Below, one piece after another: positions 46,891-56,519 of a stretch of DNA of 64,000 nt; within the stretch, counting starts at the first letter, position 1; every line of letters starts with the position of its first letter. Below the pieces are notes generated by a model. It ran no database searches and was not told the origin of the DNA. It saw only the letters and a list, made by a program, of their open reading frames with translations. The translations under genes were made by a program, and so were the position numbers. The stretch is from Candidatus Berkelbacteria bacterium (GTDB lineage Bacteria > Patescibacteriota > UBA1384 > 2-12-FULL-50-11), in the NCBI GenBank assembly GCA_016432625.1, contig CP066697.1:215363-279362 (forward strand), read 5' to 3'.

Positions 46891-47253
46891 ATGGCACGAG
46901 TTAAGCGCGGTTTACAGGCTCATAAGCGTCACAAAAAAATCCTCCAAGCGGCGAAGGGCTACAAGCTTGGTCGGAAGAATATTTTCCGTCTCGCTAAACA
47001 AGCTGTCTTGAAAGCCGGGCAGTACAGCTATCGTGATCGTCGCAATAAAAAGCGCGATTTCCGCAAGCTTTGGATTGTTCAGTTAAATGCTGCGGCACGA
47101 GCTCACGAGATGAGCTATAGCCAGTTTATTTACGGGCTCAATAAGGCAGAACTAAATATCAACCGCAAGGTCTTGGCCGAGATGTCAGTAAAAGCTCCGG
47201 ACAAGTTCGCATCAATCGCCGTCAGAGTTAAAGCAGCCCTTGCTAAAGACTAA
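46891..47253 (+). CDS. rplT: 50S ribosomal protein L20
   Basis: [15 protein letters not shown] signature; infC-rpmI-rplT order. Confidence 0.9.
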   Translation: MARVKRGLQAHKRHKKILQAAKGYKLGRKNIFRLAKQAVLKAGQYSYRDRRNKKRDFRKLWIVQLNAAARAHEMSYSQFIYGLNKAELNINRKVLAEMSVKAPDKFASIAVRVKAALAKD

Positions 47254-47254
47254 T

Positions 47255-48016
47255 TTACCGGCGCCTAAGCAGAATATTCTTGAAATTAGAGACAGCTCCT
47301 GAAGAGCTGACTTTTGGACCGTGCAAGAACCAGAAGATGGCGTACACGGCGACGATAAGCGTTAAATATGAAATTGCTTCGAATTGCGCGATTCCCTCGC
47401 CAAAATCAGCCTTGAGTGTTTTGATTAGAAACTCTGAGAGTAAGAAGCCCTCTATGGCCAGGAAGAAAATAACTCCCTCTCGTAATTTAGACTGAGCCCA
47501 AATAACGCTTAGCGCTGTTGCCAGTCCCATCGCGAGTAGGCTGCCGTATAAATCGACTGGATATGTACCGTTTAGTGCCAGGAAGTTGCCCGCTCGTCCA
47601 ACCGTACAGCTAGATAAGTGACAACCGAATTTACCGACGCCCCAACCATAAAGCAGGGATAAAAGCCCGATGTCTAACATGACCCAGTTTGAGAGTTTAT
47701 CTCGACGTAAGAAATAAAGATAAGCTGCGAAACCGGCGAGCAAACCTGTCAGCGAGACCAGTCCGCCCTGCCAAAAATAAAAAACTTGCCAGAAACTTTG
47801 GAACTGATCGTGATAGAGTGCGTAATAACCGATTCTAGCCCCTATTAGACCGGCAAGCAGGCTGTAAAGTACTATATCGAAAAGCTGTTGAGTGGGTAGT
47901 TTCTTATGTCTGGCGGCACGGTAAAGAAATACCCCAGCCACAATTGCCCCAAGGGCAATGAAGGAGCCGAAAGAATACAGCTTAAACTTTCCGATCGAAA
48001 AAAGTACCGGATACAT
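47255..48016 (-). CDS. lgt: Prolipoprotein diacylglyceryl transferase
   Basis: Lgt signature region GLLAGFAAYLYF...GKFGCH and 7-TM topology. Confidence 0.85.
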   Translation of the reverse strand: MYPVLFSIGKFKLYSFGSFIALGAIVAGVFLYRAARHKKLPTQQLFDIVLYSLLAGLIGARIGYYALYHDQFQSFWQVFYFWQGGLVSLTGLLAGFAAYLYFLRRDKLSNWVMLDIGLLSLLYGWGVGKFGCHLSSCTVGRAGNFLALNGTYPVDLYGSLLAMGLATALSVIWAQSKLREGVIFFLAIEGFLLSEFLIKTLKADFGEGIAQFEAISYLTLIVAVYAIFWFLHGPKVSSSGAVSNFKNILLRRR

Positions 48017-48141
48017 CTCGAATCGGCTTCAACTATCGCATTTCTGTCCTGATTGGTCAATCTAACCTGGTGACTTACGTGGGGTTGAAGGGTAAAATGA
48101 AGCAGTCCGTAATTTGGCGGGTGGTTCGGGTACGAAGTACC

Positions 48142-48255
48142 AAGAACGGCCGCAAGATGCGGGTGATTCTGAACACAAAGTGCGAGGAACGACCGTCGTA
48201 GACGGGTGATTCTGAACATGAAATGTAAAGAACGGCCGCAAGATGCGGGTGATTA
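48142..48255. repeat. Tandem partial duplications of the tRNA-Val 5' end and leader: a 27-nt exact repeat AAGAACGGCCGCAAGATGCGGGTGATT (48142-48168 and 48229-48255) and a third GGGTGATTCTGAACA copy (48204-48218)
   Basis: Direct sequence identity; period about 43-44 nt. Confidence 0.55.
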
Positions 48256-48318
48256 GCTCAGCGGTAGAGCATCGCGTTCACATCGCGAGGGTCGCTGGTT
48301 CAAGTCCAGCATCACCCA
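48247..48318 (+). tRNA. tRNA-Val (CAC)
   Basis: Acceptor GGGTGAT/ATCACCC, anticodon stem TCGCG/CGCGA, loop TTCACAT. Confidence 0.85.
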
Positions 48319-48372
48319 CTTCGTAAGAATAAATATTTCCAAGATCCAACCAATTGATTACAATAATGACCA

Positions 48373-48921
48373 ATGAGGAGATTCTCTAGTTTAGTTGAAG
48401 TTGTCAAAGTTGTAGCGATAGTTTTCTTGTCGGCGATTGTAATTCGCACCTTTGTTTTTCAACCCTTCGTTGTTGAGGGCTCGAGTATGGAAGGCAACTT
48501 TCACAACGGCGAATATCTGTTTATTGAAAAAATTTCTTATAAACTAAAAGTCCCCAAAAGGGGTGACGTTATAGTTTTTCGCTACCCACGCGACGTTCGA
48601 TACAACTATATCAAGCGTGTTATCGGTTTGCCTGGGGAGACCATTCAGATCAAAAATGGCCACGTTTATGTCGCCGGCGAACTGCTCAAGGAAGACTATC
48701 TGAAGAATGATGAGGGCACTTTCGTTGATAACAATCGCGACCTGGATTACGAAGTCACGTTGGAAAAAGGACAGTATTTTGTGATGGGGGATAATCGAGG
48801 ACACTCCTCGGATTCGAGAGAATGGGGGCCGCTTGATGAGCGATTTGTTATCGGTCGCTCGGCGCTAGTACTCTATCCGCACGCGAGTTTTCGGGCGATT
48901 GCCTCGCCTACTTACCGCTAG
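48373..48921 (+). CDS. lepB: Signal peptidase I
   Basis: Catalytic Ser (EGSSMEG) and Lys (YIKRVIGLPGE) boxes, GDNR box (MGDNRGHSSDSR). Confidence 0.85.
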   Translation: MRRFSSLVEVVKVVAIVFLSAIVIRTFVFQPFVVEGSSMEGNFHNGEYLFIEKISYKLKVPKRGDVIVFRYPRDVRYNYIKRVIGLPGETIQIKNGHVYVAGELLKEDYLKNDEGTFVDNNRDLDYEVTLEKGQYFVMGDNRGHSSDSREWGPLDERFVIGRSALVLYPHASFRAIASPTYR

Positions 48922-49948
48922 CGACGTTTTCTTTTAGCCAGGTTAGTACCTTGTCGGTATTCTCGCCCTTTAAGGCTGATACAGGGATATTCGGGAATTT
49001 ATGAAGATATCTATGAAAAGGCATACGGCCGGTTTCAATAAGATCCATTTTATTTATAACGATAAGTAAAGGTTTGCCGAGATCATGGGCGAAATAAATT
49101 AGGTGCAGATCACCTCTAGTTGTCCCTTCGCTGGCATCGATTACTACTAACACCGCGTCAGAACGAGAAATGGTTGTTAGGGCTCGTTTAACACTGAAAT
49201 CTTCGGTGCCTCGAGCGATTCTGCCACGCCGACGCACGCCCGCCGTATCGGCTAGCAAGAAGTCAGTGCCGTCAATAATTATTTTTTCAGTGACGATATC
49301 GCGTGTCGTCCCCGCCAGCGGACTCACTACCGCCCGATTAGATTTAGTTAAGCTATTTAGTAGGGTAGATTTACCAACATTTGGTCTGCCAACGATAGTT
49401 ATAACTGGCGCAGATGGATCGTTAATTTTTACCTTTGGCAGATCGTTACTGGCGGCTTCTAGCAAATCTCCGACGCCGTTTCCCTTGATGGCCGAAACGG
49501 CGAAAGTCTTTAGTCCGAGATAGTCATAGGTTGATAGCTCGGCCCGACGTTTCGGCGAATCCATTTTATTGGCTACCAGCCAGACGTTTTTCGTTTGACG
49601 CAGAGTTTTAATAAATTGCAGATTACTTGGAGTGAGGCCTGAGGTTGCATCGAATACAAACAGAACCAAGTCGGCTTCAGTCACCGCCTGCAGTGTTTGC
49701 GATTTTATTTTCTGGTACAGTTCCGACTCGTCTTCAGCCAGGCCACCGGTATCAACCAGATTAAAGCGCCAGCTTTGCCATTCAACTTCACCATAAATAC
49801 GGTCGCGCGTGGTGGACTCTTCACGGGCCGTTATTGCCTGCCACGAACCTGTCATACGATTAAATAACGTCGACTTACCCGCGTTGGTCGGACCAACGAG
49901 GGCAATAAGTGGCAAGTTGTCCTCAGATTTTTTGCGCATTGTATGCAT
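48908..49948 (-). CDS. der: Ribosome-biogenesis GTPase Der (EngA), two tandem G domains
   Basis: GPTNAGKSTL and GRPNVGKSTL Walker A motifs plus KH-like C-terminus. Start probably at M23/M26, so the gene does not overlap priA. Confidence 0.85.
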   Translation of the reverse strand: MHTMRKKSEDNLPLIALVGPTNAGKSTLFNRMTGSWQAITAREESTTRDRIYGEVEWQSWRFNLVDTGGLAEDESELYQKIKSQTLQAVTEADLVLFVFDATSGLTPSNLQFIKTLRQTKNVWLVANKMDSPKRRAELSTYDYLGLKTFAVSAIKGNGVGDLLEAASNDLPKVKINDPSAPVITIVGRPNVGKSTLLNSLTKSNRAVVSPLAGTTRDIVTEKIIIDGTDFLLADTAGVRRRGRIARGTEDFSVKRALTTISRSDAVLVVIDASEGTTRGDLHLIYFAHDLGKPLLIVINKMDLIETGRMPFHRYLHKFPNIPVSALKGENTDKVLTWLKENVASGK

Positions 49949-49969
49949 GACTGTTAGTTTGGTTTCGAG

Positions 49970-51700
49970 ATGCTTTACGCCCAAGTAGTCGTTAAACAGC
50001 GCACTAGCGCCCATGAGCTGACATACGAGATTCCTGCCTCAATGTTACCTTATATTAAGGTTGGCAGTCTAGTCACCGCCCCACTCCGGCGAAGGCAAGT
50101 GACGGGAATTGTTGTCGAACTTCAGCAACGCCTTGAGCATAAACTGCGTGGCAAGGTGCGCCCGATCGCTAAACTGGAACGAGACCAGCAGTTAAGTGAG
50201 CGGCAAATTGAGGTAATTAAAAAACTGGCGGCGCATTATGGTGCGAGTAACGCTGAAGTCGCCTTTCACGCCTTGAAATATTCGTTTATCCCCAAAGTTC
50301 AAACCGTCCGCTCAACCGAGAAGCCCACTTTTATCCAAGCAAAAACATCACGACGTTACGAGGAATATCTCAAGATCATTACTCGGGACGACGGAACGAC
50401 TTTCCTTGTATTGTTCGCCCAGAAGAATTTTGCTCAGGAATTTGCGAGAATAGCGGCGAAAGTAGTCGGCGAAGTTGTGCTTGATAACGACAAGTCCCAG
50501 GCGCGACGAATTATGCAAGACAGACTTGGTTCGGGTAAGCGAATAGTGCTTGTTGGTACTATTCAACAAGCCTTTTTCCCCTTGGATTCCGGCGACTGCA
50601 TCATCGTCGACCAACCAAGTCATATCGGCGCTAAACAGCAGCAGCGTCCCTTCATGCGCCTCGGACGCATCGCTGAAATTCGCGCTACAACGGAATCTTT
50701 GCGGCTAATTACTGGCGACATACTTCCCGAAGTCGGAATTCTGCCTAAATTCTTACGACATGAATGGCAGTTGCAGAGCCATCCGCCTACTGCCCAGCCA
50801 TTACTAATTTTTAGTCGTCAGGGTACACGTTCGTTCCTTGTACCAGGGGTGGAGGACGAGCTTAGGACTCGAGCTAGCGTGAAAGGCAAGGTGCTAATTA
50901 TTGTGCTTTCACGAGGCGTGGCGCCTGCTCTAGTATGTGCTGATTGCGCTCAGATTATCGATTGCGCTAATTGCGGCAGAACTATTTCGGTAACTCGCTC
51001 AAAACTGAAGTGTCGTTATTGTAGTCATGAACAAGCGATTCCCTCAAAATGTCCGAACTGCAACCGGAATAATTTGCGCCCGGTGGGTGAGGGGGTCGAG
51101 AGCGCTATGAGTTACGTTAGGCAGCTTGTGCCGAATGTCGAAGTCGAAGTTTTCAGTAGCGATCAACCTGTTTTTCCGCATCGAGCAAAAATAGTTATAT
51201 CCACTGAAAAGATCTTCAACGTGCCCCGAGCGGAATTCGACTCGGTTTTCTTTCTTAGCGTCGATCGTCTATTATCCGGCACGGAAATAGAAAGTGCCTG
51301 GGAATTGATGAACTACATATTGACGCTGCCGGGGGAGAAAATTATCCAGACATACCTTCCCGAGCATCGTCTGTGGGGTTATGCCGGCACGGGGAACATA
51401 AAAAAATTTTTCACTGAAGAGTTGACGCTTCGACGTCGTTATCGTTTACCACCGTACAGCGTTTTCTTTGCCGTTGTCGGTCAGTCAAGCGCCTTAGAGT
51501 CGTTACAGCGGCAAGCAAAAATAATTACCGACAACTTGGCAGAAATCCTTCCTGCGGCCGAAATAGGGCTAGCGGAGTATGAATTACTCACCGAGCATCA
51601 CGGTAAGATCGGTATCTTAACCTCGCGTCTGACAAATAGACAAAAAGAGACGATCCGCGAAACCTTGCCACCTAACTGGCACCTTGATATTGAGCCATAA
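49970..51700 (+). CDS. PriA-like primosomal protein N' homolog with degenerate helicase motifs
   Basis: PriA-type N-terminal 3'-DNA-binding domain (YAQVVV...VTAPLRRRQVTGIVV) and Cys4-type zinc cluster (CADCAQIIDCANCG...CRYCSH...CPNCN). Walker A absent; Walker B DEEH replaced by DQPSH. Confidence 0.65.
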   Translation: MLYAQVVVKQRTSAHELTYEIPASMLPYIKVGSLVTAPLRRRQVTGIVVELQQRLEHKLRGKVRPIAKLERDQQLSERQIEVIKKLAAHYGASNAEVAFHALKYSFIPKVQTVRSTEKPTFIQAKTSRRYEEYLKIITRDDGTTFLVLFAQKNFAQEFARIAAKVVGEVVLDNDKSQARRIMQDRLGSGKRIVLVGTIQQAFFPLDSGDCIIVDQPSHIGAKQQQRPFMRLGRIAEIRATTESLRLITGDILPEVGILPKFLRHEWQLQSHPPTAQPLLIFSRQGTRSFLVPGVEDELRTRASVKGKVLIIVLSRGVAPALVCADCAQIIDCANCGRTISVTRSKLKCRYCSHEQAIPSKCPNCNRNNLRPVGEGVESAMSYVRQLVPNVEVEVFSSDQPVFPHRAKIVISTEKIFNVPRAEFDSVFFLSVDRLLSGTEIESAWELMNYILTLPGEKIIQTYLPEHRLWGYAGTGNIKKFFTEELTLRRRYRLPPYSVFFAVVGQSSALESLQRQAKIITDNLAEILPAAEIGLAEYELLTEHHGKIGILTSRLTNRQKETIRETLPPNWHLDIEP

Positions 51701-51755
51701 ATACTGACGCATCGCCGGATGACAAATTAAACCTGTTAGAGTACAATTACCAAGC

Positions 51756-53135
51756 ATGAAATCGCCAAAGGCCGGCAAATTAGAACTCAAGGTGATTTAT
51801 CACCCCGCTTTGCGACGTCAAGCTCGCCCTGTCGTGGACTTCGGCCCAGATTTAAAGAACGAAGCCGAACAAATGATAAGAGTGATGAAGGAACATCACG
51901 GTCTCGGTTTGGCAGCGCCACAGGTTGACCTTGATAAGCGGCTAATCGTTTACGGCTACGAGCCAAAAAACAAAGATGATAAATTGCCGGCGATCCCTTT
52001 CACGGCCCTAATGAACCCAAAAGTAGTTAAGTTCAGTCAAGAAAAAGAGACCATGACTGAGGGATGCTTATCGCTACCCGGGCTAGAGCTTCCTGTGACC
52101 CGTAGTGCCGGGGTGACGGTCAACGCTCAGAACCTTGATGGGCAACCGGTAGTGATTAGAGCTAAGGGTCTGGCGGCACGAGTTTTGCAGCACGAGATTG
52201 ACCATCTTGACGGTATCTTATTCACTGATCGAGCCGATAATTTCCGCGATCTTGCCGATTACAGGTTTGCGAAAATTGTTTTCTTTGGTAGTGATGATTT
52301 TTCCTTACCGGTCTTGCGAGCACTCGTCGCCGCTAAATTAAGCATTATCGCGGCAATAACCGAGACGGATAAACCAGCTGGTCGGGGCGGGAAGTTACTG
52401 CCGACGCCAATAAAAACTGAGGCCGATAAGTTGGGTATCGCCATAATTCAGCCCGAGTCTAAGGAAGAAATCACCGCAGTTATCCGACAGCTCAAGCCGG
52501 ATCTAGTCGTTTTGGCGTCCTACGGCAAAATTTTGTTACCGGAAACACTGAGTACGCCGACCTTCGGGGCGCTCAACGTTCACCCTTCACTCCTACCGAA
52601 GTACCGCGGCGCCACGCCAATTCAAAGCGCTATTTTAAGCGGGGAGGACAAGACTGGCGTGACGATAATGACGATGGCACCAGAGGTGGACGCCGGCTTG
52701 ATGATCGCTCAGGAAACTCACCGCATCGAGTCAAGTGACACTGCCGCAACACTACGCCATAAACTCGCCCAACTAGGCGCGACGCTTCTTGTTAACGCTA
52801 TACCGCCGTACTTAGCCGGACAGGCAAAGTTGGCTCACCAGATGGAAAATCAGGTTACAAAAACGCAGAAACTGAGTAAGGAAATGGGCCAGATCGACTG
52901 GTCGAAGCCGTTACAACAAATTGACCGGGAAATTCGGGCGTTCTACCCATGGCCAGGGGCGTACACCGACCTTGCCGGGAAACGGCTTAAGTTTCTTGGT
53001 AGCCGGTTTGAAGCTGGTAGGTTGATACTGGAGACAGTTCAGCTTGAAGGGAAAAAGCCGGCTGCTTGGAGTGACTTTGAGCGGGGCTATCTTCAGGTAT
53101 TGAAGAAAACTGACTGGTACGGTAAGATTTCCTAG
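51756..53135 (+). CDS. def-fmt: Fusion protein: peptide deformylase (N-terminal) + methionyl-tRNA formyltransferase (C-terminal)
   Basis: PDF motifs GLGLAAPQ, EGCLS, QHEIDH in aa 1-165. Fmt domains from IVFFGSDDFSLPVL with NVHPSLLPKYRG through the C-terminal domain. Single uninterrupted 459-codon frame. Confidence 0.8.
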   Translation: MKSPKAGKLELKVIYHPALRRQARPVVDFGPDLKNEAEQMIRVMKEHHGLGLAAPQVDLDKRLIVYGYEPKNKDDKLPAIPFTALMNPKVVKFSQEKETMTEGCLSLPGLELPVTRSAGVTVNAQNLDGQPVVIRAKGLAARVLQHEIDHLDGILFTDRADNFRDLADYRFAKIVFFGSDDFSLPVLRALVAAKLSIIAAITETDKPAGRGGKLLPTPIKTEADKLGIAIIQPESKEEITAVIRQLKPDLVVLASYGKILLPETLSTPTFGALNVHPSLLPKYRGATPIQSAILSGEDKTGVTIMTMAPEVDAGLMIAQETHRIESSDTAATLRHKLAQLGATLLVNAIPPYLAGQAKLAHQMENQVTKTQKLSKEMGQIDWSKPLQQIDREIRAFYPWPGAYTDLAGKRLKFLGSRFEAGRLILETVQLEGKKPAAWSDFERGYLQVLKKTDWYGKIS

Positions 53136-53582
53136 ATGTTAGTTATACGACTCCGCCGAATTGGTAAGAAAAATAAACCGACGTATCGCGTCGTTGTTGC
53201 TGAGCATTCCTACCCGATTGACGGCAAGTTTACGGCTGATTTAGGGTTCTATAACCCTCACACGAAAAAAGTTGGCCTCGAACTCAAAGAGGTCTCCCTA
53301 TGGCTCGACAAGGGTGCTAAGCCTTCGAATACCGTCGCCAAAATCCTGCAGCATGAAAAACTCAAGCATAAATCTGTAGTTATCCACACCCGTAACCGCA
53401 AGCCGAAAGCGGAGCTTAAACCAGCTAAGGAGAGCTCTAAGCCTGCTGCCGCTCCGACAGAAGAAGCCCAAACCCCGGCTGCAAATGATACAGAGAACTC
53501 CGCCGAAACACCGTCTGCTGAAGTCGAAGAGTCAGTTGTTGAAGAAAGTACACCAGAAGAAGAGCCTGTTGCCCAAGCGTAA
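53136..53582 (+). CDS. rpsP: 30S ribosomal protein S16 with acidic/Ala-rich C-terminal extension
   Basis: MLVIRLRRIGKKNKPTYRVVV signature. Confidence 0.9.
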   Translation: MLVIRLRRIGKKNKPTYRVVVAEHSYPIDGKFTADLGFYNPHTKKVGLELKEVSLWLDKGAKPSNTVAKILQHEKLKHKSVVIHTRNRKPKAELKPAKESSKPAAAPTEEAQTPAANDTENSAETPSAEVEESVVEESTPEEEPVAQA

Positions 53583-53642
53583 GGTCGCTTGAGGGCTAAC
53601 CGAGCCTTTTAGGCTAAGCTCGGGTATTATGTTTGAGGAGGG

Positions 53643-54017
53643 ATGGTTTTAACTGGATTTTTTGTTTGGTGGTACGGCGAGGGGCTTACTCAGAGCTTCC
53701 AGATTATTCTTGCAACCGCCGAAAAAATTATTGATTTTTTCTCGCTGGAGATTCTTTTTAAGACCTGGGTATCGCCCTGGAAAAACGACGTCCTTTCCGC
53801 AGAGAACATTTCCCTATCAGATCAAATCCATCTCTGGCAGATGAACTTAGTCAGTCGTTTCGTTGGCTTTGTCGTTCGAACGATGATAATTATCGTCGCG
53901 ATAATTTGCCTCGGAGTTAGCGGCGTACTTGGCGGTCTGGCCTTAGCGTTCTGGATCGCGCTGCCTCTTGCAGCGGTGTTGTTTCCGATCCTTGGAGTGA
54001 GGATGTTGTTCACATGA
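53643..54017 (+). CDS. Small membrane protein, unknown function
   Basis: Two to three TM helices; its end overlaps the start of the AAA+ gene. Confidence 0.3.
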   Translation: MVLTGFFVWWYGEGLTQSFQIILATAEKIIDFFSLEILFKTWVSPWKNDVLSAENISLSDQIHLWQMNLVSRFVGFVVRTMIIIVAIICLGVSGVLGGLALAFWIALPLAAVLFPILGVRMLFT

Positions 54018-56428
54018 AAACGCGAGTCTTGCAAACCGAACGGGCGAATTTTCTGCAGCTCTACCAGTCGCTGCCTATTACCGTATTCCGCGCAACAGTA
54101 TTAGGAATTGGGGTTCTAGCAATCTTTGGTAGCGTCCTGCCACTCATTAACATTGAGTCGCCAAATATTACCGGGATTTCACTTATCTTATTGGGGCCGT
54201 GTTTAGCGGTTTGGGCTTTTCATTTTTACATAATTTACTTACGCGATAATCCAGAATTTTTAATTGGTGAAAGGGAGCGCAAGGAGCTATTAAATAACTT
54301 TGATTACGTCGGCGCCCAGGCTTTGTCTTCACTTGAAAGTAGAAAAAGCTACCAACCGTTATGGCAGGCGTTATTTACTAAACCAGCGATTGAATCAATC
54401 TTTTTCCGTTTAGGCCTTAGTAAAGAATTATTAATCGAAGGTTTCGCCTCCGCCCCGTCGGGTGACGCTGAGCGTTTGGCCAAAACCGCCCAATCCCTAG
54501 CTGCCGGCAAAACGGCTGACTGTTTCGATTTGGCTCGCACCCTCTTACGGGAACCAGGGTTGCAAGCGTTCCTAAAGCAGCAGAAATTGCCTCCCGATAC
54601 CGTTGAGGACTTAGTCAGTTTTTATCAGGCACGTTACAAGCTCTCGCAGCATGATCATTTTTGGCTACCGGAAGGCTCGAGTCGCGACGGCGGCGTTGCT
54701 CGTTCCTGGTCTATCAGCTACACCAATTTACTTGATCAGTTCACGGAGAAAATACCGCCGCAAATTTCGCGCCGTGTTAAGTATTTCCCCTTTTACGGGC
54801 GTGAGAAGCTCGTCGAACAGGTAGTAACGAGTCTTAACAAAATTGAGGGCCAAAATATCTTACTTGTCGGAGAGCCAGGAATTGGCAAGAAAGAGCTGTT
54901 CTACTCCATCGCTTCTCGAGTGACGAACTACCAGACGAAAACTGGAATAGATGGTTATGAGGTGCGAATTCTCGACCTTCAGTCAATGCTGGCCGCGGCA
55001 CCAACTGTTGAACAGCTTGGCCCACTTTTTCAGGGCCTCTTTCGCGACTTAACCAGTGCCGGCAACGTAATCCTACTCGTACCAGGTATTGATTTGCTTC
55101 TAGCTACAGAGGGTGCTGGCTCGGCTGACGTTGGTAATTTGCTAACCGAATACCTCTCGCACGATAAAATCCATATCATCGGCACGATTACGCCGGCTCA
55201 TTACGTAACCATGGTTCAGTCAAAATCGATCTTAGCCTCAAAGTTTGTGGCGATTGAGGTTGGCGCTCCGAAGGGCAGGGATTTGGAGAAAATTCTCCTT
55301 AACAGCTTGCCACCAATTGAGAGCCGGTACGGCGTATTTTTCCAGCTTCAGTCATTACTAACCACCGTTCAGCTGTCGGATAGGTACATCAAAGATAAAG
55401 TCTCGCCTAAGCGCGAGATTGACCTTCTAGAGGAAATTGCCGCTTCAGCCCACGCCAAGAACACTGTCTTCGTGCTCCCGGAGGACGTAATGTTGGTTGT
55501 TGAGCAGCGGACCAAGGTGCCGCTACAGGTTAACGAAAAGGAACAGAAGACCTTACTGAATCTAGAAGAAGCCCTTCACCAGAGGATTATCGGGCAAAAT
55601 CGCGCCATCAAGCTTGTGAGTGACGCGCTACTTAGAGCTAGAGCCGGCTTAAGTACCGGCAAGAAGCCAATCGGTTCGTTTCTGTTCTTAGGGCCAACGG
55701 GCGTTGGTAAAACCGAAACCGCCAAGGCCTTAGCGCAAATATATTTTGGGAGCGAAGAAAAGATTATCCGCCTGGATATGACCGAGTACGCTGACGAAAA
55801 TGCGCTATCCAAATTACTCGGAACTGACGAGCTAAGGCATCCGGGCAGCTTGACTGTCGCGATCATGCAGAGCCCCTCAACCGTTCTACTACTGGACGAA
55901 ATCGAGAAAGCTTCTGATACAGTGAAAAATGTTCTGCTCCAATTACTCGACGAAGGTCGTCTAACCACTAATTTCGGCAAAGTCCTAGATTTCACCAACA
56001 CGATTGTCATCGCCACAAGTAACGCCGGATCAAGTTTTATAAAGAGTCAGGTCGAGCGCGGTGCCGAGGCGGCGACTACGGAGAAACAGCTACTTGATCA
56101 GCTCATAAGCGAGAGAACCTACCTTCCCGAGTTCCTTAATCGTTTCGATGGCGTTGTGGTCTTTTTACCGCTAACTAAAGCTGAAGTGAAACAAGTGGTG
56201 CTCTTGCAGCTTGAGCAGCTGAAAGCCCTAGTCAAACAGGAAAAAGGACTCGAGCTGGAGATCGCGCCAAGCGTAATAGAAACTCTGGCGGCCAAGGGCT
56301 ATGACCCAGTGTTTGGGGCGCGAGCATTGCAGCGAGTCATGAAGCAAGAGCTGGAGACGGCGATCGCGCGTGAGATTATCGCCCAGAACCCAGACCCCGG
56401 GACGAAGCTAGTTATCTCTTCCCTGTAG
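54014..56428 (+). CDS. Membrane-anchored ClpB/ClpC-like AAA+ ATPase with degenerate first nucleotide-binding domain
   Basis: N-terminal TM helices; D1 Walker A GEPGIGKK (K replaces T/S) with no DE Walker B; D2 intact (GPTGVGKTE, LLLDEIEKA, sensor-2 region). Confidence 0.7.
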   Translation: MKTRVLQTERANFLQLYQSLPITVFRATVLGIGVLAIFGSVLPLINIESPNITGISLILLGPCLAVWAFHFYIIYLRDNPEFLIGERERKELLNNFDYVGAQALSSLESRKSYQPLWQALFTKPAIESIFFRLGLSKELLIEGFASAPSGDAERLAKTAQSLAAGKTADCFDLARTLLREPGLQAFLKQQKLPPDTVEDLVSFYQARYKLSQHDHFWLPEGSSRDGGVARSWSISYTNLLDQFTEKIPPQISRRVKYFPFYGREKLVEQVVTSLNKIEGQNILLVGEPGIGKKELFYSIASRVTNYQTKTGIDGYEVRILDLQSMLAAAPTVEQLGPLFQGLFRDLTSAGNVILLVPGIDLLLATEGAGSADVGNLLTEYLSHDKIHIIGTITPAHYVTMVQSKSILASKFVAIEVGAPKGRDLEKILLNSLPPIESRYGVFFQLQSLLTTVQLSDRYIKDKVSPKREIDLLEEIAASAHAKNTVFVLPEDVMLVVEQRTKVPLQVNEKEQKTLLNLEEALHQRIIGQNRAIKLVSDALLRARAGLSTGKKPIGSFLFLGPTGVGKTETAKALAQIYFGSEEKIIRLDMTEYADENALSKLLGTDELRHPGSLTVAIMQSPSTVLLLDEIEKASDTVKNVLLQLLDEGRLTTNFGKVLDFTNTIVIATSNAGSSFIKSQVERGAEAATTEKQLLDQLISERTYLPEFLNRFDGVVVFLPLTKAEVKQVVLLQLEQLKALVKQEKGLELEIAPSVIETLAAKGYDPVFGARALQRVMKQELETAIAREIIAQNPDPGTKLVISSL

Positions 56429-56519
56429 AGCTTTACAAGCGTAAACCGCTCTGTTACAACTTGTTAAATCGCAGTGGTGTAGGTCGAGGCTGCGTTACTC
56501 GCGTAAGACAAAGGACAGC

